A DNA stretch of 59,597 nucleotides from an uncultured virus (IMG/VR IMGVR_UViG_3300006108_000010). Lineage: Duplodnaviria; Heunggongvirae; Uroviricota; Caudoviricetes. Of the stretch, positions 32,901-41,577 are shown one piece after another. The notes under the pieces were generated by a model. It saw only the letters and a program-made list of their open reading frames with translations, made no database searches and was not told the DNA's origin. The first letter of the stretch is position 1. Every line of letters begins with the position of its first letter. Both the position numbers and the translations under genes were made by a program. The stretch spans positions 62,001-121,597 of the IMG/VR virus record IMGVR_UViG_3300006108_000010; one strand, written 5' to 3'.

Positions 32901-33011
32901 ACTTAAAGCTAAAACATTATTGTTATAATAAGTTGGTGTTATAACGTAACTTTCCATGGGCCACGACCCATTGGCTGATACACTAAAATGTACTGAAGAT
33001 ACGCTATACAT
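26910..33011 (-). CDS. 2033-aa baseplate-associated protein with PKD and NHL-like propeller domains
   Basis: YNIYFGDG...HSYQSNGTYNIS (PKD-like); FKNPISMDYD...LYILDQ and FNSPTEIKY...VYVLDYNNHCVKQY (NHL-like); Cys-rich C-terminus. Confidence 0.65.
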   Translation of the reverse strand: MYSVSSVHFSVSANGSWPMESYVITPTYYNNNVLALSAMKYLNLFRFVDNPINDINNIIDVYGQVDYNYGNSQSFRDSASDTYRLISKTNNSTFTWEPSSLRNKNLAPLLNNFILSINTQDLGDKTVPENNSINYLSDTGYLMYPQRLFLKPIALSANNNGTYNLMTSTVLLSPNVIFLSGNAVEHDSYLKHVNYKTTQPSFSTIRGNSIPINLVYSLSATKYVINTLFTYTPNYNPITFTTQLEDNNTYICPESINIKYNISTYSDYWANYYSNNPAKSALYLNGIPLGQLFAEEHQDTWFDFRSSFINNFNLNSINYQTLQLTQSTLNPNIALSDVSNCILYVTLSCLPPTALAYKNLTYLDQYGQRIPYCKPDYTSANQNFKVKYIAESPYYFNSLLLPNSSVQATTTITSNSGIIPLNTPISDGTTPFDTMVWTIPYPPHYYSFKTSFVNNTFQSPSDTYSLRFNLSTGVTNRVITSAINPINQTEYIYLSSYLTSDFNLLQANLPTYAPNDFISLQLADFSPNQPIYLTELFCYYGPNLDQLYDLVNSPYVPVQQASQFLLVYPLSAYGPFNATFRTSLSSSQFYHVTQSSNATLVHFASGYNNVYKGMQGYPITLQILNEQADNIVIDSSYLTSYPQYPSRNLLTISDTNSALGGPSLISWNVSSNNIDPNSIITLQSVDSNGNFLSSFPLNQPIPFNPNSWTISVSGYGPNTVTVSLSSQKYKEVAIVNTNPRLFNYLYEGIIDIGVQNSQIIGKTISFILTAKAPINNHDYNFPTGVPMYWTWSYDNKTTNIPITAYYNNGPLNGSVYNYAKNDISDYINSITLNVSLSSSLNSYNKHNIIVNAHASNPIASGSKTVVLDDYPDQSIFNTYFRTAYNCPNSPFIANVSSNKVLTRPNTDYNSFSFYVGDIVPTLNASVYAWNITNNLGLNYTLSSSNYKSISSINHLLYSPNISATYVSLCALSATIVGWYVPHNLVATQTIYTIPSSQFYTPANFIIYPPYTWQQGNSGYLTVIDNSNFTISQAPTAYAHNSSGSQKFYVSANNIGINQYGYVANRQKNTPLVSLPPLTANNQLINLPYVNDLSSTKGMTVYLTSFNGFFPKSSINSLSYIGLTSVNSMTGIYAGTYPIASNTIFSDSNLTYSSNGLSAFNQSPKIIPYDTIQLQFSTVNTAVVFDYNSVTQLGLQFTPVTSIDLDNNVFVGVLQTLTPLNTANTPIRAYQNANSYVTYSLSSLSGGWVSYVNVPMVNGLYDLFILNVGDKSKPLTVEANEQSLLYLNATAKVSAYIPPTTYNSVAGSNLINDSWDIIVQNTSTASETIVAYTTAVKPEIYISSYYALTGENIFIQFKTPYLQNTPEANISIVSYNIYFGDGLSAYHLVNDTTYHSYQSNGTYNISYQVNYNNGTSLSFQLPNTHDIKVYDVWPTYDQSQIRLLSEQVLTLPWTFEQCSIQPNEYADADIFNTTMSRLYDNLQYLIHNTQTINTDSPTLFYGWFGTSKNYIGRGIQWHTQDFLAGAGDYINPQYATSASNAFSKSFTNIVDFIHTDNYTFVLDGINLRTFTNGAYSTEILFDNINQVYQLFKNPISMDYDQINQNLYILDQYYNKIYKLNLSFDYINEINIQLAVGNYGGLSDPNKFNSPTEIKYLNNNVYVLDYNNHCVKQYTKDLNWVYTYHVDDFDQSIGTITTPIYNNNPECFSIHPTTLFPYILTKSNKIYVFEETGGLITEFQILDPITNQSETRIPIKLVFDPNGNFMYIVYSNEIIKFTLTGLFIGYVDKIPNVTLLNNFTSAKNSSNETLLFSTNNSILKVQDLVTLYKVGEGLPFQYWTEDQILISRDEFTADNVYNRAFTRLVQNIKTFRNTMDSKFITAIESTPYGQVTYLAKTPILVSSRPVFSADIENENVQVGVNEFNIPQVFNKEISKIYDALTYLAGYLSVTDSRNLSGVNTGCSNPFCWSWQAMSCYNLTLPVIRICNVNPITYAELQSNFPSSYSFSSTQQLTNTWGDATSDCCSNVFYPPITAI

Positions 33012-33046
33012 GTTAATATTTATTATTAAAGGTCAAAAATTCTCCT

Positions 33047-36000
33047 TTAAATTAAACCAAATCCTTTATAAAGTTGATAGGTGAAGATAAATTCAATCAT
33101 ACCATTGTCGTTATTCCAGTTAAGATAGGAGTCGGGATACATGCCTGAAATTTGGTTTGTGAGTGCTAATAAATATTCATCTCTGTTGATGTTCATGAAT
33201 TGATTATTCCAATCCACAGTATTTTCAACGAGTATCTCGTTAGCTGGTGCAACAAATTCATAAAATTCATATAATTGTGTCCAAGGATAAGGTGAATATG
33301 TTAACCCAATAAAATAAGCTAATTTATCTAAACTATAAGATGTTAATCCCATAGTTGTTAAGTTTGTAACAACATCATCGTTTAGGGGAAGTTGCCCTGT
33401 TGGAATTAAACGATAAGAATTCAAAGACTTGGCTTTCAATACGACAGGAATTCCTGCTGTTACCATATAAGTTTTTGTGTCTAATAAATCGCCTCTATTA
33501 AAATTATTATACTGGCTTGGAGTCGCAAAATTAAAATTATCATTTAGAGTATTGCCAAATAATCTACTTTGATTTATACTTAAAAGATCAATTGAACGTT
33601 GTATATCAACTGGATAATTTAAACGAAAATCATCTGTATTAAGATCAACAGATTCTGCTAGATCATAAAGATTATTAACATTACACGTATCTATATCTAC
33701 TATATTTGAAGTATAATTTGCGGTTTTTTCGTATGATTTTACACCGAGATCATCATGTGATGACAACCCAAATATAGTTGAAAAGAAATTAAAAAGATTT
33801 TCACTTTGATTTAGTTTATCTTGAAAAGAAACTGATTTCAGTTGACCAGACATGTCAAAGTTTTCATTGATCTTATAAAGATCATAATAATCTGGCGGAT
33901 AAAAATTAATATAATTGGAAGAAGTTGAACCGACAATGTTTTTATACAATACACCATTTGAATCGGTTACGTATGAACCATTGTTTCTATTATAGAAATA
34001 TTTGCTTATCCATCTAAAGCCAGACCAATCTCCATTAGCTTGCGCTGATTTAGACCAATTATTATAATCAAAAATTGTTGCAGTATTGGCTGCACTTAAA
34101 TATGGTGTAAATCCTTTTGGTTGTATATAAAAACGATCTATTATATTTGTACTATTTGCATCAATAATATATACAGCATTTTCATATGAATTAATCACAT
34201 AAATTCTATTTAAAAAATCACTACAGATTCCTTCTAATGCAGTATCATCAGAATTGATTTTGTTGTTAAACCATTGTGGTGTGTTATTTGAATATGTCGT
34301 GCTAGTTACAGGGAAAGTTATTGTAGCTCCTGTATTAGGGTTTATAGATCCTAAAAAGTGATAGCTATAAGTAAACCATACATTTTGATTAGTATCGATG
34401 GTAAGATGATTGACGGAATTGAAAGGACCGAACGATGATATCACTGCACCTGTTGTTCCGTTTATATATTGTAAATAACCATTATTAATACCAGCTTGTG
34501 TTATTTCATCATTTAAAGAAACCCATAGATTATTATTTGTATCACAAACTATTTCATTTGGCGATTTATAATATGGAAATTGAATAGATGTTAATATGGC
34601 TCCATAGGTATCATATTTAACTAACCAACCACTAAATGGATTGGAATATGTTACCCATACGTTATTGTTTAAATCTGTATCAATAAAAGTCGGTTGAATG
34701 GGATAACTATCTTCTGTATCAACTTTTGTATAATTTGTTGGTAAAGTGCTTGGATCAACCCATTGATTAGATTGATCAATCCATGCTTGTAAAAAGTCTG
34801 GATTGCTTATCTGAGATGAATTAAATGTTACCGTTTGAATATAATTTCCAAGTTTATCAAATTTTAATATATATGGCGTATCAAAACAAGCAACCCAAAC
34901 ATTTTCATTCGAATCAACAGCAAGAGAAACCGGAGACAACTGATTAGGAATTAAAAAGTTTAATGCGGTTAAACTATATTGCAAGTTGTTAATAATACTA
35001 TTTAAATCGACTTCTATTAATATATTACCAACAGAATTAATTCTATATAATTTATTTAATTCAGTATCCGTTGCCCATGCATGATAACTTGGTAATGGCA
35101 AAGCAGCAATAGCATTGATTCCATGTATACCAGAAACCGCCATCACATCATTTTGAAATTCTGTATTGTATGTTTGTATTACTGGCATATTAAATGCATT
35201 TGTATGCAAATAAACAGATGATAAATTTACAATATTTTGATATTGAGATGTAGTAAGCATTCCAGCATTTGGATTGGAAATCCATAAAATTGGATTTATC
35301 GTTATTGCTGATGCAGGTAAAATCGGAAAAGATCCCGAAGCATCAATTTGTGAATCTATTGCACTTTGATTATTAACAAAAGATCCTTTATAGTATCCTG
35401 ATGTTAAGAAGCCATTCGAATCTTTAAATTCAAATTCGGTTGGTGTCGGCGTATAATTAAAAGTTAAAATATCACCTGCTAAATCTTTTGCGCTTAATTG
35501 AAATGGGATATTTACCGAACTAAACAATTCATAATAAGTTGTACCATCGGCTGGTATATAGTGTATAAACTCATTTGAGTTTGCAATAAGAGTTCCGTTA
35601 CCATCTACGAGATAGTCAAATATATAATAAGAATTAACTTTAAGATTTACTAAAATTGGGTTATCTTGACCTATAAATCTAATTTTAGATATTGGTGATA
35701 TTCCATTTTGCGTTATGCTAATGTAATCGGGTTCTCTGAATGTAAAAATATGAGGAACAGAAACCGTTGCTAAACTATTTGAAAAGCTTGGTGTGTTATT
35801 ATCTGAATTATAAGAATCATTAAACGAACGTATTCCAGATGTTCTAAGTGTAGCAATTATTGTACTATATGGTTTATTATTTAAATATAAATCTGTATTA
35901 TAAAGATCATCAACAAAATAAAATTCTGCGTAACCCGAAACGCCAACAACATTAGCAGTGGGATTTAATTTTCCGGTGTCATCGATTGCAACTGGTGTAT

Positions 36001-36751
36001 CTATTGTTTGAATTGAATCTATTTGATTACCATTTAAATCTAAAAATCTCCACTGCGGTCTTAGAAACGACCAATTGTTTTCGGGTTCTTGGTACTGATA
36101 AGATTTCGAAAACTGAGCACCTAAATCTATATAATGAGGTTCTGTGCTAGATGAAGTTATTACTAACTTAAAGGGATAACGATTATAATGACCCGCAAAA
36201 GTTGGAGGAGGTAAGACTTCAAAATATATTGATTCATTTAAAAATAACTCTACATTTATAGGATGAGTTTCTTTGTAGAAATTACCTGCGCTATCGTATA
36301 CGGTTAATGTTACATTGTAATTGTTTGGTAATTTATATAAATGTGTTGGGTTTGGTTCTCTGCTACTTGAATAATCACCAAAATCCCAATAATAAGTATT
36401 ATATCCTAAAGTTGCTAATTGATTATCAGTTATAAATTGAAAATTCGTAGCATTAGCAAATCCATTAGGATAATTTGTATTAAATAAACTGACATTTACG
36501 TTTGTTGATACGCTAGTAAGTGAATTAACATTACCATTAATAATATTATAAGCTGTTAAAGCAACCGTGTAATTATTTGGCGAAGTATAGATATGATTTC
36601 CTGAAATCTGTGTAGTAGTTGTTCCGTCACCAAGATCCCAATAAAATTGATTATAATTTTGGGCAGTGTAACTATCAGGAACAAATGTAAAATCCGTAGT
36701 TAAAGTATAACCAAAATTAGGAGGATTTAAAATTATATATGAGCTTGCCAT
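33047..36751 (-). CDS. Probable baseplate wedge subunit (gp7-like position) with two PKD domains and a beta-propeller
   Basis: YWDLGDG and YWDFGDYSSSREPNPTHLY PKD motifs; AVDSNENVWV-type repeats; C-terminal IVDIDTCNVNNLYDLA; lies directly downstream of gp6. Confidence 0.55.
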   Translation of the reverse strand: MASSYIILNPPNFGYTLTTDFTFVPDSYTAQNYNQFYWDLGDGTTTTQISGNHIYTSPNNYTVALTAYNIINGNVNSLTSVSTNVNVSLFNTNYPNGFANATNFQFITDNQLATLGYNTYYWDFGDYSSSREPNPTHLYKLPNNYNVTLTVYDSAGNFYKETHPINVELFLNESIYFEVLPPPTFAGHYNRYPFKLVITSSSTEPHYIDLGAQFSKSYQYQEPENNWSFLRPQWRFLDLNGNQIDSIQTIDTPVAIDDTGKLNPTANVVGVSGYAEFYFVDDLYNTDLYLNNKPYSTIIATLRTSGIRSFNDSYNSDNNTPSFSNSLATVSVPHIFTFREPDYISITQNGISPISKIRFIGQDNPILVNLKVNSYYIFDYLVDGNGTLIANSNEFIHYIPADGTTYYELFSSVNIPFQLSAKDLAGDILTFNYTPTPTEFEFKDSNGFLTSGYYKGSFVNNQSAIDSQIDASGSFPILPASAITINPILWISNPNAGMLTTSQYQNIVNLSSVYLHTNAFNMPVIQTYNTEFQNDVMAVSGIHGINAIAALPLPSYHAWATDTELNKLYRINSVGNILIEVDLNSIINNLQYSLTALNFLIPNQLSPVSLAVDSNENVWVACFDTPYILKFDKLGNYIQTVTFNSSQISNPDFLQAWIDQSNQWVDPSTLPTNYTKVDTEDSYPIQPTFIDTDLNNNVWVTYSNPFSGWLVKYDTYGAILTSIQFPYYKSPNEIVCDTNNNLWVSLNDEITQAGINNGYLQYINGTTGAVISSFGPFNSVNHLTIDTNQNVWFTYSYHFLGSINPNTGATITFPVTSTTYSNNTPQWFNNKINSDDTALEGICSDFLNRIYVINSYENAVYIIDANSTNIIDRFYIQPKGFTPYLSAANTATIFDYNNWSKSAQANGDWSGFRWISKYFYNRNNGSYVTDSNGVLYKNIVGSTSSNYINFYPPDYYDLYKINENFDMSGQLKSVSFQDKLNQSENLFNFFSTIFGLSSHDDLGVKSYEKTANYTSNIVDIDTCNVNNLYDLAESVDLNTDDFRLNYPVDIQRSIDLLSINQSRLFGNTLNDNFNFATPSQYNNFNRGDLLDTKTYMVTAGIPVVLKAKSLNSYRLIPTGQLPLNDDVVTNLTTMGLTSYSLDKLAYFIGLTYSPYPWTQLYEFYEFVAPANEILVENTVDWNNQFMNINRDEYLLALTNQISGMYPDSYLNWNNDNGMIEFIFTYQLYKGFGLI

Positions 36752-36757
36752 AATCTA

Positions 36758-38557
36758 TTAAAAATCAGCCGCTTTAATGGAACCAGTTGTCTCTTGTATG
36801 GTAATTCTAGATGCTATATTTGAAACATTGTTAAATATAGGATATTGGAAATATTTTAAATTTACATTTTGCGTATAAACCTCTGAATAATTTTCAGGGT
36901 ACACATAATCCCAAAAAAGTAAAGATACACCTTCTACATACGTATCTATATCAGAACGATACGTTTGCACTCTTTGAACACCATCAACATTTAATATACT
37001 TGTTGATAATTGATAGATGTCAATTATTTGACCTAGTTTATTGGTATTTCTATTAAATGCTTTGTTGAAAATATTTTGAACATCATTTAAAATTGCAGTA
37101 TCTGCTCGTCTCGTGTTTGGATTTTTTGTTATGATTAATTTAGAATTACCAAGATCATTTGGAGAGGGTTTTACATATGGACTTGGTAAATAAAAATCAA
37201 TATATATGTAAACAGGGTCCATTGGAACAATTTCCGATGTAATCGTTTTATATGGAGCAATACCATTTATTATCATTTCCTTTTGAGTGGAATTTAAATA
37301 GTTTTGAAGCGGACTGCTTGGGACAACATAGAGATATAGATTATTGAAATTACAAGCATTTGCAAAGTTGACTTGGTTAATTAAAATTCTATTTTCTAAT
37401 TGAGGTGCATTTAATCCTATATCATAAAGATATGCAATATGACCAGATAGGTAATCATCATTACCAACCAATTGTATATCGGATAATAAATTGGAATAGT
37501 TTTGATTTATATATGTTATATAATCCTTTGTAGTAACTAATCTGTATTGCGATCTAAATGCATTCGGTGCGTTATTACGAATAGAATCAACAGATTCCTC
37601 GATTGTATAAACTGTTGATGGATATTGATTGTTTAAAGATACCTGACTTAATTGATTAATTGTTAAATAATTTTGATTAACTGATACGTCCTTGATGATT
37701 TGATTGAATGTTACAGAATTGTAAGGAACCAAAGGTGAATTATTCAATCCGTTAGGCCCAATACCCTGAGAGTTTTGATCAATTTGTAAATAATAAATTT
37801 GAACTTGATCTCCGGTGCTCAATGCTTTACCGTTAACATTATCACCAAACTTTATTTCGTAATTTTTATTTTGATTGAATCTTACTTCGTAAACTGTATC
37901 ATTAGCATTATATAAAAATAAATCAGTTGCTCTTGTCCATTCTTGCCATACGCCAGTTGCAATTGGTTTAACAAATACAAAAATATTAAAGTGATCAATA
38001 TATACATTAGGTGGTAACGTAACGAAAGAAATTTCATTATCGATACCTAAAGCAGTATAAAGCGGATACTCTTGAAATATTCCTTGGTATGCCAAATAGG
38101 TGTCTGCTATGTTTGAAATAACTTCTTGATATGGTGTAAATTTTGTAAAATTTATATCCTGATTAACTGAATATATTGTACCACCAACGTTTAAATAGCT
38201 ATATCTTGGAATAGTGTAATTCCCAGCAACAACCGCTGGTGAAACTGTCATAGTAAAAGGAACATTTGCTCCTAATCTTCCAACAGGATTATAATTTAAA
38301 AGCTTTACAATACGATTCATGTTCTCGTAAAGTTGAGCTTCTGTAAACATACTCTCGGAGGATGTTTTATTAAGATAGTATAAAAGAGTACTAAAAGAAT
38401 AACCAATAACGTCTATTAAAGCTGATAAATTTGACCCCTGATAATTTTGATCAGTAAAAATTTGTCCTTGGTTTAATTTACTGATAATTAAATCACGGAT
38501 GCTTGTACCATCAAAGGCAACATATGAACTTTGGTCGAAAACAGGATTGGTAGCCAT
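36758..38557 (-). CDS. Baseplate wedge subunit, T4 gp6-like
   Basis: FTDQNYQGSNLSALIDV...ESMFTEAQLYEN...LLNYNP; YEIKFGDNVNGK; ESVDSIRNNAP...QYRLVTTKDY. Confidence 0.85.
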   Translation of the reverse strand: MATNPVFDQSSYVAFDGTSIRDLIISKLNQGQIFTDQNYQGSNLSALIDVIGYSFSTLLYYLNKTSSESMFTEAQLYENMNRIVKLLNYNPVGRLGANVPFTMTVSPAVVAGNYTIPRYSYLNVGGTIYSVNQDINFTKFTPYQEVISNIADTYLAYQGIFQEYPLYTALGIDNEISFVTLPPNVYIDHFNIFVFVKPIATGVWQEWTRATDLFLYNANDTVYEVRFNQNKNYEIKFGDNVNGKALSTGDQVQIYYLQIDQNSQGIGPNGLNNSPLVPYNSVTFNQIIKDVSVNQNYLTINQLSQVSLNNQYPSTVYTIEESVDSIRNNAPNAFRSQYRLVTTKDYITYINQNYSNLLSDIQLVGNDDYLSGHIAYLYDIGLNAPQLENRILINQVNFANACNFNNLYLYVVPSSPLQNYLNSTQKEMIINGIAPYKTITSEIVPMDPVYIYIDFYLPSPYVKPSPNDLGNSKLIITKNPNTRRADTAILNDVQNIFNKAFNRNTNKLGQIIDIYQLSTSILNVDGVQRVQTYRSDIDTYVEGVSLLFWDYVYPENYSEVYTQNVNLKYFQYPIFNNVSNIASRITIQETTGSIKAADF

Positions 38558-38570
38558 TGTAATATTTATC

Positions 38571-39149
38571 TTATATTAAGATTTGTCCTCCTAATTGTGC
38601 AAAAACGTTTAACGTGTCCTGAACACTTATTGGTAAAATCTCATAAATCAAAGATACGGCATAGCCCGGACCTAATGTATTTAAATCTGAAACAGTTTGT
38701 AATGTTAACTGTGTTCCATTTAAATTTATAACTGGTGTCGATTGCGGATTAGGTTGAACATAGACATTAATAACATTAACTCTTGGCTCGTATTGAGATA
38801 TGGCGTTATTGATATCATTACCTATGGCATTTGCACCTAAAATCGAAACGGGTTCAAATAGGTACTTTAATAATGAGCAACCAAATGTTGGATTTAAGAC
38901 CTTTTGACCTGGTAAGGTGTTGAAAATATTATATAAAGAATTTCTAATTGCTTGGATATCAACGTCTGCTTCAATATCTCTTGACTCGACGCTACCGTTA
39001 TCACCCAATCCAACTGATTGACCTATCGTTAGATCTAAATGTAAATCACTATAAATGGGTGTTGTAACCTGAACCTGCTTGTTCACTGCTACTCCAGTAG
39101 AATTAACCTGTTTGGGTTGAATTAAATTATTTAAGTCGATTATTGCCAT
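38571..39149 (-). CDS. Baseplate wedge subunit, T4 gp25-like
   Basis: YSDLHLDL...DIQAIRNSLYNIFNTLPGQKVLNPTFGCSLLKYLFEP...AISQYEPRV. Start moved to MAIIDL (39149) to avoid overlap with the divergent gene. Confidence 0.85.
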   Translation of the reverse strand: MAIIDLNNLIQPKQVNSTGVAVNKQVQVTTPIYSDLHLDLTIGQSVGLGDNGSVESRDIEADVDIQAIRNSLYNIFNTLPGQKVLNPTFGCSLLKYLFEPVSILGANAIGNDINNAISQYEPRVNVINVYVQPNPQSTPVINLNGTQLTLQTVSDLNTLGPGYAVSLIYEILPISVQDTLNVFAQLGGQILI

Positions 39150-39167
39150 GAAAAGGGTAAATAGTTG

Positions 39168-39175
39168 TATAAATA
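39168..39175 (+). promoter_or_regulatory. T4-type late promoter TATAAATA
   Basis: Exact T4 gp55 consensus 5 nt upstream of ATG 39181. Confidence 0.65.
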
Positions 39176-39180
39176 TACTT

Positions 39181-39762
39181 ATGGCAAAGTTCAATAAATT
39201 TGATACACTTTTAGAAACGGCATTCTCCCACTATTCAAATGGCGGATTCAGAGAAGGTACACAGGTAAGACTTAAACCTGAATTCTTTAAATCTGCTTAT
39301 TTCAAAAAGCATTACAGCGGTGATGAAGTATTTGTTAATTGGTTAACCGATTTAGCAGAAAGAAAGTATTTCTTTTTCGTTAAAAGAGTAGTTGGTCATG
39401 CTGCTTTGCAGAATCCAAAAGATTCAAATGATAATGAAGGCGCAGGGGAAACTTTCCTTGTTTTAAAACTCGACCCTAGAACAGTTAATGCGCCAACGGA
39501 ATTTGGTGAATTCACCGTGCCAGGTGATTTTACCCTTGTAGAAGTATTAAACTTTGGTGGCAACTTACCACCTGTCCAAGCTGTTCCTAATAGATATGAA
39601 TTGCCAATGGGCTACCAGAAGCCACAGCCTGTTCAAATTGATATTACTATCAATAATCAACCAACTGATAAGGATTTGCCAGAAGATAACACAGCAATCC
39701 CTGCATCACCTGCACAGGCTGCTAAGTTCGATAAGCCAAAGAAGCTTAAATTAAGAAAGTAA
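39181..39762 (+). CDS. Hypothetical phage protein
   Basis: MAKFNKFDTLLE... start chosen just downstream of the TATAAATA box; no recognised family. Confidence 0.65.
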   Translation: MAKFNKFDTLLETAFSHYSNGGFREGTQVRLKPEFFKSAYFKKHYSGDEVFVNWLTDLAERKYFFFVKRVVGHAALQNPKDSNDNEGAGETFLVLKLDPRTVNAPTEFGEFTVPGDFTLVEVLNFGGNLPPVQAVPNRYELPMGYQKPQPVQIDITINNQPTDKDLPEDNTAIPASPAQAAKFDKPKKLKLRK

Positions 39763-40680
39763 GGCGTTTTCTATTGCGATTAAGCAACAGAAAAAATTGA
39801 TTTCGTGATCAATTACGAAATTATCCCTATACATATGCTCTCCTATTTCTAGGATAATTCTCTTCTTTATATTTTCTTTAATCTTTGTGGTTTCATAAAA
39901 GAAATCCAACAATGATTTTAATAGACTCTGGTAATCCGCCGAAAATGTCTTTTCATTTTCTATTACCATTTTCCTTATTTGAATTGCATCGAGTTTCGAT
40001 AGTAAAGAACTATAAACATTTTCTGCTATGTTTTTTACTTCATTTATTTGATTGATAATCAAGGTTCCGGTAATTGAAAATCTCTGAAGATCATTAATAA
40101 TTCTCCTCATATCAGGGAAGTTATTTTTTACAAATGTAATAAACTCCCTCTGTGAACCTATATCGACATTTTCCTGCTTCAAGATGTTAATACATCTCTT
40201 TGCACACTCTGCTAAATCTGGCACTATATTAAAAAGCAAACATCTTGATTGAATTGGTTCGATGATTTTGTTGATGTAGTTTGAAGTAAGAATAAATCTG
40301 GTCGTATCAGAATATTCTTCCATAACACTACGAAGAATTCTTTGGGCATCATTTGTAGTGCCACAAAACTCATCTAAAATGATTACTTTCTTCTTACCGT
40401 CAAGTGAAGAAGTCTGAGCAAATAAAGTAACTTTGTTTCTTATTGTATCAATACCGTTTTCATCACTGGCATTGATATAAAGCGATTGACATTTTAGGAT
40501 ATCATTTACAATGATCTTTGCTAGAGTAGTCTTTCCTGTGCCAGCATGACCGTACAAAAGAAGATGGGGCGTATCTTCATTTATGCCCGAAAAGAATTTC
40601 CTATTCTCTTCAGTGAGAACCAAGTCATCTAGTTTTTTAGGTCTGTAGCGTTCTACCCAAAGTTGATCATATAATCCCAT
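39751..40680 (-). CDS. Clamp loader AAA+ subunit (T4 gp44 / RFC small subunit-like)
   Basis: LWVERYRPKKLDD; Walker A GHAGTGKTT; INASDENGIDTIR; Walker B IILDEF; SRC motif; FPDMRRIINDLQ. Confidence 0.92.
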   Translation of the reverse strand: MGLYDQLWVERYRPKKLDDLVLTEENRKFFSGINEDTPHLLLYGHAGTGKTTLAKIIVNDILKCQSLYINASDENGIDTIRNKVTLFAQTSSLDGKKKVIILDEFCGTTNDAQRILRSVMEEYSDTTRFILTSNYINKIIEPIQSRCLLFNIVPDLAECAKRCINILKQENVDIGSQREFITFVKNNFPDMRRIINDLQRFSITGTLIINQINEVKNIAENVYSSLLSKLDAIQIRKMVIENEKTFSADYQSLLKSLLDFFYETTKIKENIKKRIILEIGEHMYRDNFVIDHEINFFCCLIAIENALLS

Positions 40681-40686
40681 AACCTT

Positions 40687-40715
40687 ATCATAAGCTATGG
40701 TTATTTAAATGTCAA
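40687..40715 (-). promoter_or_regulatory. Sigma70-type promoter of the clamp loader gene
   Basis: TTGACA (40715-40710), 17-nt spacer, TATGAT (40692-40687), 6 nt, then ATG 40680. Confidence 0.75.
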
Positions 40716-40894
40716 CCGTTAATCAAAGTTCTGCCATCGTTGTTAATATAATTTGACTGAATTTGGGTCTGTTGCCCCTGTGTTACTTGTTGTGCTCTCT
40801 GTGCGGCTGCTTGGATTAGTGACAAAATTGTATGAACTTCTGATGTTAAAATTGTATAAGTTCCTACGTTTTGAATTGTAATAGTTGTTGTCAT
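40712..40894 (-). CDS. Small hypothetical protein
   Basis: 60-aa ORF filling the gap between the clamp loader and the divergent gene. Confidence 0.45.
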   Translation of the reverse strand: MTTTITIQNVGTYTILTSEVHTILSLIQAAAQRAQQVTQGQQTQIQSNYINNDGRTLING

Positions 40895-40922
40895 ATGTTA
40901 ATATATAGGTAAATATTAACAC

Positions 40923-41411
40923 ATGTCAAGCGATAACGAAATAAACTCCATTATAGAACAACTTAAAGCTGATTCTGTTCCTAGTGAACACGCAAAGCCT
41001 TATAAGCCAGTAGAGCACGAAGAAGTTAATGATGATAACGTTGGCGATTATGTTTATAAAAAATCTGCTGAGTTAGTTGAATCAACTTTAGGTGCGGTTC
41101 AAAATTTAAAAGATAGTGTACTGACAGGCAGCGACCCAAAAGAAATAGCTGCATTGTCTCAATTAATTAATTCAGCAACAAAAGCATTGGATCAACTAAA
41201 TAAAATCAATATTCAAAATAAACAAAGTAAGAGTAATATTGAGATTAAAAAGATGGAAATTGCTGCTCATATGGAAAGACCTCCATTACCTAATACAACT
41301 AATGTATTAATTGCAACGAGGGATGAAATTATGTCACAGATTTTCAACCCGAAAACATCTAAAAAACAACAATTAGAAATTGTTGATGCTGAATTTAAAA
41401 AAGAAGATTAA
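40923..41411 (+). CDS. Probable terminase small subunit (T4 gp16-like)
   Basis: Size and helical pattern DY...ELVE...DPKEIAALSQLINSATKALDQL...NVLIATRDEIM resemble gp16-family proteins; TAAATA box at 40910-40915. Confidence 0.55.
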   Translation: MSSDNEINSIIEQLKADSVPSEHAKPYKPVEHEEVNDDNVGDYVYKKSAELVESTLGAVQNLKDSVLTGSDPKEIAALSQLINSATKALDQLNKINIQNKQSKSNIEIKKMEIAAHMERPPLPNTTNVLIATRDEIMSQIFNPKTSKKQQLEIVDAEFKKED

Positions 41412-41438
41412 TGTTCCCGAAACCAATTTCGGGAACAT
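41411..41438. repeat. Perfect 12-bp inverted repeat
   Basis: ATGTTCCCGAAA-ccaa-TTTCGGGAACAT immediately at the stop of the plus-strand gene. Confidence 0.85.
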
Positions 41439-41443
41439 ATTGT

Positions 41444-41476
41444 GAATAGATAAAGTTTTCTATTCGTTTTTTATTT
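41444..41476 (+). terminator. Possible intrinsic terminator of the plus-strand gene
   Basis: GAATAGA...TCTATTC stem followed by GTTTTTTATTT. Confidence 0.4.
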
Positions 41477-41539
41477 AAGTTGTTTATTTTAAACAATTTA
41501 TATTTTTGTGTATTTATTCATACACTATTAAATTTGGGC

Positions 41540-41577
41540 AAAGAAATGCCCCCATGCCTAGCAATCGACATGGGGGC
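41540..41577 (-). terminator. Intrinsic terminator downstream of the major capsid gene (possibly bidirectional)
   Basis: GC-rich stem GCCCCCATG (41548-41556)/CATGGGGGC (41569-41577), followed by ATTTCTTT on the minus strand and GAACTTTTCTTT on the plus strand. Confidence 0.75.

Noticed and set aside
40355..40380. Inactive clamp loader because Walker B reads DEFC rather than DEFD/DEAD
   Set aside because: The catalytic DE pair, Walker A lysine and SRC arginine finger are all present.
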